Shown: positions 8,527-18,561, numbered from the stretch's first letter. The stretch: DNA of 64,000 nt from Parcubacteria group bacterium Gr01-1014_38 (GCA_007376145.1 VMFP01000004.1:6988-70987), one strand, 5' to 3'. Notes: generated from the sequence alone by a model not told the origin. Translations and numbers: made by a program.

Positions 8527-9709
8527 GCCACCGCAACTGGCGTTCCTGGATGGGTTGGTATACAGCGGAAGCAGCGGGTGCATGCTCGAGTCTCCGGAGC
8601 GCAATGTCGGCAAGCTGCTCGAGGAGCGCGAAAATTGTCGCCGGGATGCGCGCGGCAATCAGGCGTGACGGATCCACCGGAGTCATCACTGGGCGCGGCA
8701 AGAGCTGAACGATGCGCGGCGCTCTCGAGAGGTACAGCGTTGGATTCCGATGGAAGAAGAGTCGGTGAAGGAGCGTCGGCCAGAACCCGGCAACCACCAG
8801 TCGCACTGGCCACTCCGAGTCCGGAAGATGCGCAAAGAAGAGTCGAACGATGGTCCGAAAGAGGGGAAAGAGCGGACGAAAGACCCGGACAAGGATCCGC
8901 ACTCCCTCCGGCGAGAGCACGCTCGCGTCAGCGCGCTCGAGCAACGTGGCCGCTTCGCGCGGTGAACAGGACAGGGCGCGCACGAGCGTTCCGACGAGAA
9001 GATCACTTCCGAGCGGCGCGGTCCGCAACATCCGCAGAATGTCGCCGTCTCGTACCACAAACGTCAGATGGGACTCTTCGCTGACAAGCAAGCCAATCGG
9101 TTCGGACGTCTTTTGGAAGATTTCGCCTAAAAACACGGGGAGGAGCACCAGGTCACAGACTGGCACATCCGGCGGCGGCAAGGATTGGAACCGCGCCGGC
9201 GTTGGCGGAACGAGAAGGGATTCACCGAAGGCCGTCGGCCCTTGGAAGAGGGTGGTGACGGTCGCTTCAAGACCGTCACCACCGCGCGCTTCCTGCCAGG
9301 GACGTACCTCTTCCCGGAAGACCGCGAGATCTTCCAGCGGGCACCCAAAAAACTCTGCAGCTTCCTCGCGGAGTTGCTCCCGCGCGTGCCAGTGGGCTTG
9401 AAGCGTCAGCTCCCGAAGGTCCAGTGCGGTTCGCCCGGTGCCGGGAAGCGCGCGACCAATCGTGACGGAACCTCCCGCCAGTGCTGGCGTCGGCACAGCC
9501 AGAACGAGCGGTTCATGTGCGTGCCAGCCGAGGAGACGTTCCAGTGGCTCTCCGAGCGCCGCACCGGATTCCCAGGGAATCGTGGCGGCAGCCAGCAGCC
9601 GATGCTGACCGTCTCGACGTTCGACCCGAAGGAGATCAAGCTCTTCTCCCCGGGTACGCCCGACGACCACGCGGTGCTCACGTTTCGTTTTCGGAGAGAA
9701 CGGGGACAT
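8516..9709 (-). CDS. hypothetical protein (possibly PilM/actin-like ATPase fold)
   Basis: 397-aa ORF whose N-terminus (VVVGRTRGEELDLLRVERRDG..HRLLAAATIP) loosely resembles PilM/FtsA-type N-termini. No firm motif was recognised. Confidence 0.45.
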   Translation of the reverse strand: MSPFSPKTKREHRVVVGRTRGEELDLLRVERRDGQHRLLAAATIPWESGAALGEPLERLLGWHAHEPLVLAVPTPALAGGSVTIGRALPGTGRTALDLRELTLQAHWHAREQLREEAAEFFGCPLEDLAVFREEVRPWQEARGGDGLEATVTTLFQGPTAFGESLLVPPTPARFQSLPPPDVPVCDLVLLPVFLGEIFQKTSEPIGLLVSEESHLTFVVRDGDILRMLRTAPLGSDLLVGTLVRALSCSPREAATLLERADASVLSPEGVRILVRVFRPLFPLFRTIVRLFFAHLPDSEWPVRLVVAGFWPTLLHRLFFHRNPTLYLSRAPRIVQLLPRPVMTPVDPSRLIAARIPATIFALLEQLADIALRRLEHAPAASAVYQPIQERQLRWHAK

Positions 9710-9747
9710 ACCAACGTTTCTCGTCTTCGCGCTGGAGCGTTAAACGT

Positions 9748-11520
9748 TCACTCAACCACCGCGCGAATGCGACGAATGCCTTGGGCCAGGCCCTCCTCTT
9801 TCGTAATGTGAAAGCGCCCGATCACCCCTGTCCGCGGGACGTGGGGACCGCCACAAATCTCTTTCGAGAAATCACCGACCGTGTACACGCTCACCTGATC
9901 GCCGTACTTCTCTTCGAAAAAACCTAATGCGCCGGCAGCTTTCGCTTCCTCCGGCGTCATGACTGCGCGCGTCACGGGAAGATCTCGGCGAATCTCCTTG
10001 TTCACGAGGTCCTCTACTTTGCGGATTTCCTCGGTGGAGAGCTTCCTCGGATGGGAGAAATCAAACCGGAGCCGCTCGGGTGTAATGTTCGACCCCTTCT
10101 GCTCGACGTGCGGCCCGAGGATGCGTCGGAGTGCCTCATGGAGGAGATGGGTGGCGGTGTGCATGCGCACCGTCCGCTCGGAGTGGTCCGTAAGACCGCC
10201 AGCAAACCGCTGGGTCATGCCCGCGCGGGAGACTTGCTGGTGCTTCTGGAACTCCTCCTCAAAACCTTTGAAGTCTACCGTCACGTCCTGGGACGCACCG
10301 AGTGACCGAAGAAGATCCGGATGAATGCCGCTCTCTTGATAAATCGCGAACGCCTCTGCCCCAGAGATCCGTGTGTCACCGCGCCCCCGTACCTGTTCGA
10401 TAAACTTCCCAGCCCGCTGTTCGATAACGATGTATTTTTGGAGCTCGCCCCAGAGCTGGGTCTCCGCTTGGCTTTTGCGCTCGAAAATCTCCGGGTAGGC
10501 CTCGCCATAAATACGCGCAAGTTCGTCAACAAACCGATTACCAATATCCAGAAGGTGATGTTCTTCTGCTCCTTGGAGACGGAGAGACCGCAAGGCACGG
10601 CGGATGAGTCGCCGGAGGACATAGCCCTGTTCGACATTGCTGGGGACGATTTCGTGCGGATCGCTCAAGACGAAGACGGCGGCGCGGAGATGATCGGCAG
10701 CAATCCGGAGATGCCTCTCATCGGCACGCGGCACGCTCCCCCGAATGAGCTCCATGAGCGGGGCGAACACGTCCGTTTCGTACACGTTTGTATGACCGCA
10801 CAGAACTGCCACCGCGCGCTCCAGCCCCATGCCGGTATCCACGTTCTTCTGTTGTAGAGGAGCGAAGGTACCGTCGGAGCGCTTCTCGTATTCCATGAAG
10901 ACATCGTTCCAAATCTCAACAAAGCGTCCGGAGTCGTCGTTCGGGCGCGTGGATGCTGGCCCTCGACCAGTATCGAAGAATATTTCCGTGTCCGGACCGC
11001 AGGGACCCGCCTTCCCGGGCGGCCCCCACCAGTTCGCGCTCTTCCCAAAGAAGAACATTCGGTCTTTAGGGATTCCGAGCCGTTCCCAGATGCGCGCGGA
11101 CTCGGTATCGCGTGGCGCGTCGGCGTCACCGGCAAAGCAGGTCACCGCGAGCTTCTCCGCTGGGAGCGAGAGCCACCGATCGGAGGTCAGAAACTCAAAA
11201 CTCATTTCAATCGCTTCCTTCTTGAAATAATCACCGAGCGACCAGTTCCCGAGCATTTCAAAGAACGTCAGGTGGAAGGCATCACCAACCTCGTCAATGT
11301 CGCCCGTCCGGAGGCACTTCTGCACGTTCGCGAGTCGCTTTCCCTGCGGATGGGGTTGTCCGAGTAGATACGGCACGAGCGGCTGCATACCGGCGGCGGT
11401 AAAAAGAACAGTGGGATCGTTCTCCGGAACCAGCGATGCGGACGGAAGAATGGCGTGCCCGCGCTCGCGGAAGAATTCCAAGAACCGTTCGCGGAGCTGC
11501 GTGCTCGTGATTGCGCACAT
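9748..11520 (-). CDS. alaS: alanine--tRNA ligase, compact form lacking the C-Ala domain
   Basis: Class II catalytic core plus editing-domain zinc motifs (HTATHLLH … CGGPHV). Ends at 590 aa. Confidence 0.95.
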   Translation of the reverse strand: MCAITSTQLRERFLEFFRERGHAILPSASLVPENDPTVLFTAAGMQPLVPYLLGQPHPQGKRLANVQKCLRTGDIDEVGDAFHLTFFEMLGNWSLGDYFKKEAIEMSFEFLTSDRWLSLPAEKLAVTCFAGDADAPRDTESARIWERLGIPKDRMFFFGKSANWWGPPGKAGPCGPDTEIFFDTGRGPASTRPNDDSGRFVEIWNDVFMEYEKRSDGTFAPLQQKNVDTGMGLERAVAVLCGHTNVYETDVFAPLMELIRGSVPRADERHLRIAADHLRAAVFVLSDPHEIVPSNVEQGYVLRRLIRRALRSLRLQGAEEHHLLDIGNRFVDELARIYGEAYPEIFERKSQAETQLWGELQKYIVIEQRAGKFIEQVRGRGDTRISGAEAFAIYQESGIHPDLLRSLGASQDVTVDFKGFEEEFQKHQQVSRAGMTQRFAGGLTDHSERTVRMHTATHLLHEALRRILGPHVEQKGSNITPERLRFDFSHPRKLSTEEIRKVEDLVNKEIRRDLPVTRAVMTPEEAKAAGALGFFEEKYGDQVSVYTVGDFSKEICGGPHVPRTGVIGRFHITKEEGLAQGIRRIRAVVE

Positions 11521-11529
11521 GGCACCGAT

Positions 11530-11889
11530 TTACCGTGACCGTTGGAACGCTTCCTCGCGTAAGGAATTGACGTCGCGCTCGAGCCGCGAGATCTTCGCTT
11601 TCTGCCCTGCGACGCGGTGCTCCAATTCTTGAAGCGCCCGCTCCCGATCCCGTTGCCGTTGCTCGAGTTGCAGCATCTCCGTTTCTTTTCGCTCCCGGTC
11701 TCGCCGGATTCGCGCAACCTCCTCCTTCCGCTGTCGCTCATCACCAAGCAGACGCGAAAGAGCTTCGCGCTCTTCCGCAAGCTCTAATTCCTTTTTCTGG
11801 TACTTCGACCGACGCTCGCGCGCGGAGGGCTTTCCCCCGCGGTCTCCAAATGGAGCTTCCTCGTCCGATCCACTCCAGACCTTTGACAT
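11530..11889 (-). CDS. coiled-coil protein (Glu/Arg-rich heptad-like region)
   Basis: ATG at 11889 (MSKVWSGSDEE…), followed by a long charged coiled-coil segment (ELELAEEREALSRLLGDERQRKEEVARIRRDRERKETEMLQLEQRQRDRERALQELEHR). Confidence 0.5.
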   Translation of the reverse strand: MSKVWSGSDEEAPFGDRGGKPSARERRSKYQKKELELAEEREALSRLLGDERQRKEEVARIRRDRERKETEMLQLEQRQRDRERALQELEHRVAGQKAKISRLERDVNSLREEAFQRSR

Positions 11890-11938
11890 GAGGCTATCGT
11901 ACAGACGCTCGTTGCGAGCGTACAGAGCGCCCGACAGC

Positions 11939-12694
11939 CTAAAAAAACTTGCGCTCTTTGGATTGCTCAATAATCGGCAGTGCTTCTTCCGCGGAATCCA
12001 CGATGGTAAACACCTCGAGATCGAATGCGTCAATGAGCGGGGGATCGTGTTCGATCATGAAGGTGCGCATCCACTCCCGGAATGGTTCCCAAAACGTCTT
12101 CCCGATGCAGATGATGGAAATTTTCTCCATCTTCTTCGTCTGGACGAGCGTAGCAATTTCCGTCATTTCGTCGAGTGTGCCGAATCCCCCGGGAAAAAAT
12201 ACGTACGCCTGCGCCGACGCAGAGAGCATGACCTTCCGGGTGAAGAAGTAATCAAACGCCATTCGTTTTCGGACGTACGGATTGCGTCGCTCTCCTTCCG
12301 GAAGATTAATGTCGATACCGACAGAGCATTCTTCGACCGTTCCTTGGCACCCCTCGAGTGCGCCTTTGTTTGCTGCCTCCATGATGCCGGGACCTCCCCC
12401 GGTGATCACCGTATACCCGCGCTCGGTCAGAAGTCGCCCGAGTTTCTCCGCCTCGTGATACCAGGGATCTCCGGCCGGAATGCGCGCGCTGCCGAAAAAC
12501 GTCACCTCCCGTTTGAGCGGAAGGAGAAAGCGGAACCCCTCCACAAACTCTCGGAGAATTTCATCCAGGTGCCACGTTTCGTCGCCCTGAAATTCGTTCG
12601 GGTCCAAGCAGATGAGCGGCCGCGGGCCTTCCTGCGGCGGAGGCGGCACGGGAGGCGGTAACGGACCGATATGTTCTTGGTCTCTCGTGCCCAT
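11939..12694 (-). CDS. LOG-family (TIGR00730) Rossmann-fold nucleotide-binding protein
   Basis: Motifs GGGPGIMEAANKGA and PGGFGTLDE are typical of the LOG / lysine-decarboxylase-like family. Confidence 0.85.
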   Translation of the reverse strand: MGTRDQEHIGPLPPPVPPPPQEGPRPLICLDPNEFQGDETWHLDEILREFVEGFRFLLPLKREVTFFGSARIPAGDPWYHEAEKLGRLLTERGYTVITGGGPGIMEAANKGALEGCQGTVEECSVGIDINLPEGERRNPYVRKRMAFDYFFTRKVMLSASAQAYVFFPGGFGTLDEMTEIATLVQTKKMEKISIICIGKTFWEPFREWMRTFMIEHDPPLIDAFDLEVFTIVDSAEEALPIIEQSKERKFF

Positions 12695-12697
12695 TGC

Positions 12698-14497
12698 TTA
12701 CACGTGGAGCCCGCCAAGCGGAGGGGGTGGCAGAGGAGGGGGCTGGACGCGCACGCGGCCTGACGCGATCGGGGATCGTCCCTGCTCCGCTCCACGCGCG
12801 CCGAGCTTGAAACGCTTGCGTTCGGCACGAACAATCGCCAAACACTCCGGGCAGTACTTTTCCTTCCCAGGAACTGGCTCAAAGGGAACCTCCGTTGCCC
12901 GTCCGCACCGATCGCAGGTGATGGGGTACGCCCGCTTCAGACGCTGCGGCTCTTCCTGTCGGAGACGATCCTCGAGACTCGCGATCTGCTGACCAGACGG
13001 CGCCACGACGGCGTTCTCCAAGGCTTCAACGGGCGGGAGCGCGCGCTCGGGCGTTCGTGTGTGTGGTCGAGGAAATTCTCGACGTTCACTGTGGTCGGAA
13101 CGTTGCTGTTCTTGGCGCCGCTCGAAGGTATAGGCGGCGGATTCTTCCTCCCCGGCTTGTCGGAAGGTCTTGGAACTCCACCGACTAATCTTCTCTTCCA
13201 CAACTTCACGGGGGCGACCATGGCGCTCTCGTGAAACCCGGATGATCTTCTCCGCTTCCCCGTACCATGGGGATCGTGAGCCGAGAGGAATCGTCATCAT
13301 GGAAAACGGCTTGCTCGCGGTCCCGTCAATCATGAGCTTGATGTAGGCATTGTACTTGTCGAGGTTCACGAGATCCGTTTCCGTAAAGTGCGGAGCGAAT
13401 TCCCGCTCGAGGAACTCCGCATCGTAGGCGCCAATTCGGAAGCACAGGGTGGTTCCCACGTTCCCGAAGACGGCGTCGCGCACTTCCTCTGACATCTGGG
13501 TAATGTACTGATGCGCCATGATGATATCCAGGCGGTACTTCCGAGCTTCGCTCAAAATAGTCGCAAACGACTCCGTGGCAAAATTCTGGAACTCGTCTAC
13601 GTACAGGTAGAAATCCTGACGCTGTTCCTCGGGAAGCTGCGCGCGGTCCATGGCGGCCAGTTGAATCTTCGTAATCATCATTGCCCCGAGGAGCGCGGCG
13701 TTGTCTTCTCCAATCTTCCCTTTTGAGAGATTCATGATGAAGACTTTTTTCTGGTCCATAATCTCCCGGAGATCAATGGTGGAGTTGGGCTGACCAATGA
13801 TGTTCCGGATGATGCTGCTCGTCAGAAACTGTCCGACTTTGTTTTGGATCGGGGCAATCGCCTCCTGGCGGAACCGCTCGTTGTACTGTGCGAATTCGTC
13901 CACCCAGAATGACTTCACAACGGGATCGCGGATGTTCGAGACAATCTCCTTCCGAAAGTCCTTGTCCACGAGAATCCGCAGGATACCGAGGAGCGTGTTC
14001 CCCGGCGAGTCCAGGAGGGCCAAAATGGTATTCCGGAGAATGTATTCGAGCCGGGGTCCCCACGAATCAGCCCAGAGCTTCTTGAAGACACCGACGAGAC
14101 CCGACGTAACGAGGTTTTTCTCCTGGGCGAAACGGGAGTCCTCCGGGCGGACCGTTTCTAGGACGTTGAAGGCGACGGGGAACTCCGCGTCTGACGGATC
14201 AAAGTAAATAACGTCGTTGATGCGGTTCGGTGATACGTAGTCGAGCATCGTGGTGGCAAAGTCCCCATGGGGATCAACAACTGCCAACCCCTCGCCGTGC
14301 TGAATATCTTGGATCGCCATGTTCTCGAGGACCGTCGTCTTTCCGGACCCAGTTTTTCCAATGACGTAGAGGTGTCGGCGGCGATCATCGCGCTTAATCC
14401 CGAATGCGCGCCGGACATTACGAAAGTTGGTTTCGCCGACAACCGTGATAAGTTCTGGTGAGACGGTAGGGCTCATGTGTGCGTTCCCAGTATACAA
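12698..14497 (-). CDS. TrwB/VirD4/TraD-like (DUF87-type) P-loop ATPase with C-terminal zinc ribbon
   Basis: Walker A VIGKTGSGKTT and Walker B-like LYVDEFQNF. C-terminal C-x2-C…C-x2-C (ITCDRCGRATEV…KYCPECL) precedes a Pro-rich tail. No N-terminal TM segment. Confidence 0.8.
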   Translation of the reverse strand: MYTGNAHMSPTVSPELITVVGETNFRNVRRAFGIKRDDRRRHLYVIGKTGSGKTTVLENMAIQDIQHGEGLAVVDPHGDFATTMLDYVSPNRINDVIYFDPSDAEFPVAFNVLETVRPEDSRFAQEKNLVTSGLVGVFKKLWADSWGPRLEYILRNTILALLDSPGNTLLGILRILVDKDFRKEIVSNIRDPVVKSFWVDEFAQYNERFRQEAIAPIQNKVGQFLTSSIIRNIIGQPNSTIDLREIMDQKKVFIMNLSKGKIGEDNAALLGAMMITKIQLAAMDRAQLPEEQRQDFYLYVDEFQNFATESFATILSEARKYRLDIIMAHQYITQMSEEVRDAVFGNVGTTLCFRIGAYDAEFLEREFAPHFTETDLVNLDKYNAYIKLMIDGTASKPFSMMTIPLGSRSPWYGEAEKIIRVSRERHGRPREVVEEKISRWSSKTFRQAGEEESAAYTFERRQEQQRSDHSERREFPRPHTRTPERALPPVEALENAVVAPSGQQIASLEDRLRQEEPQRLKRAYPITCDRCGRATEVPFEPVPGKEKYCPECLAIVRAERKRFKLGARGAEQGRSPIASGRVRVQPPPLPPPPLGGLHV

Positions 14498-14500
14498 GAG

Positions 14501-15838
14501 TTAGCCCTCCTCCAGCGGAGCAAACGGAACTTCCGGCGGCGGTTCACCTTTCTTTGCACGCGCGTGCTCAAGCGTGGGTGTCCGGACGTAACTCACCGGG
14601 AAGTGGAAAATGGTCGCGAGTTCTTCCACGTTCAAAATGTATCCCTTCTCGCGAAAGTATCGCTGCTGGTACCGCCGGAGCAAGCGGCGTTTCCGGAAGC
14701 GCTGCCGCTGCGCGCTTAAGCCATAGACGGGACGGGAGGTCGTAAACCGCCCATCGGGAAACAGGGTATTCAAGTTCTGCGACCCGAACGGCCTGAAGAT
14801 ACCAAAGATCTGTGGAATGCGGGCGCGGCGGATAAACTTCCCTTTGAGACCAATGGCCAAGGTCCGGATGATGCAGCCGTACCCCGACTTGCTCACGTTC
14901 CGCTGAATGGCGCGGACGATATCCGTCTCTCCCGGGGTAAGCCGGAGCATGCCAAGGTCCAGCGCCGAGGGTCGCTTCGCTTCCACTGCCGGTCCGGGAA
15001 GAAAGATGCCAACGACTGTTCCCAGGAACCCCAGCACCCGCTGGACTCGTGAGGGCTTTTTCTTGATGGCGCTCTCCTTGCCGGCCAGTTTCAGCGCCAG
15101 CTCCTCTCCCCTTTTTTGCCAGTCGCCGCGTGCAATGCCGGGAAGCTTGAGGCTGGGAATCTCTGGTCGAAAGAGAATCTGAATCCAGATTTCCTCACCA
15201 AGATTGAGCGCGCTCACGACTTCGGTCACCGCGGCCATCGTGTCCACAAACCGACCGTCCTCCGCAAATTCGTCTTCAAAATCTACGTAGGTTCGAAGGG
15301 GATAGGCATCGGGTTTGAGGAGAATCATCTCCGTCCCCCAAAGGTCGAAGTCTTTCCCGAGATCCGAGAGGGAGAACCGTTGAGTGTAGTCCTCCGTCTC
15401 GACAATCTCCGCGTCGGGGTACTGCGCGTACACCGCACTTTCAAAAAGTTGGCGAATGGCGGTAGGAATGCGGAAGATGAACGTGACGCCTTCGGACGTT
15501 CCGCGAATCTCCAGAGAGAACCATGCATGCATATACCCGTCGAGGTAGAGGTCGTAGAGGTCGGGAGGGCGAAATGCGCCGTGGAGAACATTGAAAACTT
15601 CCTCCATGGAGCGCGGAGTGCGCGTGTTCAGCTCCGGCACCCGCACCTGGAGAAAGGTCCACGGAAACGCCGCAAGGTACTGCCGCCGAATCGTCTCCAG
15701 GTACAGGGAAAACAGGATCATCAGGAAGAGCACGAGTCCGACAGCCGGACCGATGCGGACGAGTGCGACACCCAAAAACGCCGCGAAGTTCCCGGTGGCG
15801 TTCAGCAGAGTGGCGAGGAGAAGATCGAGGAGCGGCAT
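14501..15838 (-). CDS. membrane protein (two N-terminal TM helices), partner of the adjacent ATPase
   Basis: Hydrophobic N-terminus ([21 protein letters not shown]…[14 protein letters not shown]), then a soluble domain of about 380 aa. Separated from the ATPase gene by 4 nt. Confidence 0.6.
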   Translation of the reverse strand: MPLLDLLLATLLNATGNFAAFLGVALVRIGPAVGLVLFLMILFSLYLETIRRQYLAAFPWTFLQVRVPELNTRTPRSMEEVFNVLHGAFRPPDLYDLYLDGYMHAWFSLEIRGTSEGVTFIFRIPTAIRQLFESAVYAQYPDAEIVETEDYTQRFSLSDLGKDFDLWGTEMILLKPDAYPLRTYVDFEDEFAEDGRFVDTMAAVTEVVSALNLGEEIWIQILFRPEIPSLKLPGIARGDWQKRGEELALKLAGKESAIKKKPSRVQRVLGFLGTVVGIFLPGPAVEAKRPSALDLGMLRLTPGETDIVRAIQRNVSKSGYGCIIRTLAIGLKGKFIRRARIPQIFGIFRPFGSQNLNTLFPDGRFTTSRPVYGLSAQRQRFRKRRLLRRYQQRYFREKGYILNVEELATIFHFPVSYVRTPTLEHARAKKGEPPPEVPFAPLEEG

Positions 15839-15862
15839 GTTGGTGTGGAGACGGCCGAGAAG

Positions 15863-17089
15863 TTACGAAGTCGGTGACGGCCTCGGCTCTGGCGACGGCT
15901 GGCGCGGCGCAGTGCGGAGCGTCTCGGCGAGCGTATAGGTTCCGTCCGGCAGGTGGTGGAAGAACGAGCGATTTACGAGACAGAGGAGCACGGTGTTGCG
16001 CTTCACGAAGCGCTGCTTCAAGACTTCCGCGACGATCTCGGACTTCGGAAGCGGCCGGTGCGCTTCTCGGAGAAGACGGATAATCACATCCGATACGCGT
16101 CCCGGCATGAAGCCCCATTCGCGGAGGGCATAGAGCCCGCGCCCAACGAGCACAAACCGGGGGTCGCGGATGAGATCGTTGTGCACCGTTCCGGCCAATG
16201 CGCGCTTCCGATCAAACCGCATGCGATTGATCTCATCGGCGACGGTGCGAAAATGGAGCGGTTTACTCTGGGCTTTCAACACGAGGTACGCCTTATCGCC
16301 GACGCTCCGAGGGACAGCCGCCCGCCACGCACGGAGACCGAAGTCCCCGAACGGATTCCGAACAATTCTCTTGGAGACAGTGAGGAACGACCGGAGCATG
16401 GCATCGGTCACGGGAACGTCGAGGATACGCCGCAGCTCGTCAAGGTACCGGGACTCGGGAGCAAGCGCTCCTTCACGCTCCAAAATCCGTTCTCCTGCCT
16501 CCAGGACCGTTTCGAGCGACGGTCCAACTGGCGTCGAACTGTCGGGTGCCGGCTCCATCCCATTCCGCGATGTGGTGCGGGCGGTGGCGATCCAGTGCGG
16601 CCGGGTTCGCTGCGTCTCCTGCGCTTCCGAGAAATCCGGGAAGGATGACAGGAGAAAGCGTACAGCGCTCCGGTCTTTCGCTTCCCCACCCCCAAGGGAG
16701 GCGAGAAGCGTCTCTTCCGTCGTCACCCCGCCGGACGATGTACAGAGCGACAGGAGAATACGGCGTGCGCGTTCGCGCGCCGTCCCTTTCGGTGGAGAAT
16801 CGGCGCGCAGTGTGTAGAGAGCACCCGCGACGATTTGCCGGATGCGCTCACGGGAAACTCCCTCTCGTTTGCCGATGTCCACGAGAGTTTTCGGACGACC
16901 GTTTCCGAGACCGAAGCGCTCGGCAAGCATGCGCTGCGGGCGCTCCGGCAGAAGGGCAAGCAATTCCTGAATGGCAGCGCGAACGGTACCTGGTTCCAAT
17001 TCTGTGGCGAGCGGTGCCAAGGCAGCAGACACCGCATTCCCCTCCTCACTCTGAAGGCGAGTACTTCGCGTCATCACGTCTGCGGTCAC
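15863..17089 (-). CDS. sigma-70 region-4-like HTH fused to a C-terminal HARE-HTH/winged-helix-like domain
   Basis: N-terminal LPERPQRMLAERFGL…KTLVDIGKREGVSRERIRQIVAGALYTL resembles sigma region 4. C-terminal …FRTVADEINRMRFD…RFVLVGRGLYALREWG resembles HARE-HTH. Confidence 0.55.
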   Translation of the reverse strand: MTADVMTRSTRLQSEEGNAVSAALAPLATELEPGTVRAAIQELLALLPERPQRMLAERFGLGNGRPKTLVDIGKREGVSRERIRQIVAGALYTLRADSPPKGTARERARRILLSLCTSSGGVTTEETLLASLGGGEAKDRSAVRFLLSSFPDFSEAQETQRTRPHWIATARTTSRNGMEPAPDSSTPVGPSLETVLEAGERILEREGALAPESRYLDELRRILDVPVTDAMLRSFLTVSKRIVRNPFGDFGLRAWRAAVPRSVGDKAYLVLKAQSKPLHFRTVADEINRMRFDRKRALAGTVHNDLIRDPRFVLVGRGLYALREWGFMPGRVSDVIIRLLREAHRPLPKSEIVAEVLKQRFVKRNTVLLCLVNRSFFHHLPDGTYTLAETLRTAPRQPSPEPRPSPTS

Positions 17090-17131
17090 GTTTCTTTATA
17101 GGCGTCAGTATGACACAGAATGTTTCGCTAG

Positions 17132-18043
17132 TCAACCAGCGGTATCGTGTGGGAGCACCACGATTTCCTTCTCGAGGGAAATACCGAACGCTTCAAGGAC
17201 CTCTCGTTCAATCTGCTTGATGAGCGCAAGAACATCCGTCGCCGTGGCGCCACCGCGGTTCACGATAAAATTTGCGTGCTTGACCGACACCTCGGCACCA
17301 CCGATCCGACGCCCCTTGAAGCCTGCCGCCTCAATGAGTGCTCCGGCTGGACGTTCTACCGACGGGTTCTTGAAGACGGAGCCGACGCTGGGAAATTCGT
17401 AGGGCTGCTTCGCCTTTCGGGCCGCGAGGTCGTCATTCACGAGACGTTCTCCTTCCTCTGGATTACCAGCATCCAAGGAAAATGTGGCGTTCCAAATGAC
17501 GTAGCCGGCCGGTTCCCGCTTGAACGTGGAGTCGCGGTAGCCAAAGGACAGTTGTTCGCGGGGAAGAACATCCTCGTGCCAACCCTCCGGAGTCAAGCGC
17601 AGCACGCCCACCTTGGAGAGGCGGTCTTTCGTCTCCACGCCAAAGGCACCGGCATTCCCTCGGACCGCTCCGCCGATCGTTCCCGGAATGCCCGCGAGGC
17701 GCTCCAGACCCCGGAAGCTACGGCGGACGGCCTCGATGACCGCAAGGCGCGTGAGCGCACCGGCGTCCGCCGTGAGTTCTCCGGTGCCCGGAACGCTCCC
17801 GGGGGTCAGGGTCACGGATCGGCTCTCGATCCTGATGACCAGACCTGGAAACCCTTCATCCCGACAGAAGAAGTTTGCTCCCCCGCCAAGGATGAACCAC
17901 GGGAGATCGCGGTCGGCTGCCCAGTTGAGCGCAGCACGGAGCACTTCAAGATCGGCAATGCGGACGAAGTACCGCGCCTCACCCCCGACGTGGAGCGTCG
18001 AATACCGCGCAAGCGAGACGTGCTCCTGGACGTCCATCGACAT
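17132..18043 (-). CDS. murB: UDP-N-acetylenolpyruvoylglucosamine reductase
   Basis: FAD-binding MurB N-terminus (YSTLHVGGEARYFV) and MurB C-terminal domain. Confidence 0.9.
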   Translation of the reverse strand: MSMDVQEHVSLARYSTLHVGGEARYFVRIADLEVLRAALNWAADRDLPWFILGGGANFFCRDEGFPGLVIRIESRSVTLTPGSVPGTGELTADAGALTRLAVIEAVRRSFRGLERLAGIPGTIGGAVRGNAGAFGVETKDRLSKVGVLRLTPEGWHEDVLPREQLSFGYRDSTFKREPAGYVIWNATFSLDAGNPEEGERLVNDDLAARKAKQPYEFPSVGSVFKNPSVERPAGALIEAAGFKGRRIGGAEVSVKHANFIVNRGGATATDVLALIKQIEREVLEAFGISLEKEIVVLPHDTAG

Positions 18044-18108
18044 CCATGATACACAAAGTCGGGGCTGTTGTTCTTTCTCACGAGGCTTTTCCTACAAAGG
18101 AGCTCTGT

Positions 18109-18561
18109 ATGAGCGTGTACGTCATCCGCGAACCGCTGGACATTCCCACAGAAGACTCTCGGGGTTCATTCCGCTTTCACTTTGACTCAAGCGTTTGGAT
18201 CTCCCAGGAGCCCGACATACCCACGGCGATCCGAGAGCTGCTAAGAACGAATGCCGAAAAGGTGTATATTTCTGATGCGTCGGAGGCGTTCCTCTTGGCG
18301 CTGCTGACTTTCGACGGGAACGGAAAAATCCGCCGGGCACTCGGAGAGTTGACTCGTATTGCGTACGACGAGACCCTCATATTCTTACCGGAACCGAAGG
18401 ATTTCCTCATCACCGTTCGAAATGTCCTTGGCTCCAGACGGAAAATGGGGAAATCGGCGACCGTCATTGCGGCAATACTGACGCTGTACAAGGCAGACGC
18501 CGAAACGGCACTCGCGGAACTCGTCCGTGAGATTGCCCGCGCCGTTCCTCACCACGTATGA
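18109..18561 (+). CDS. hypothetical protein
   Basis: ATG at 18109 preceded by AAGGAG (18097-18102). 150 aa with no recognised domain. Confidence 0.5.
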   Translation: MSVYVIREPLDIPTEDSRGSFRFHFDSSVWISQEPDIPTAIRELLRTNAEKVYISDASEAFLLALLTFDGNGKIRRALGELTRIAYDETLIFLPEPKDFLITVRNVLGSRRKMGKSATVIAAILTLYKADAETALAELVREIARAVPHHV

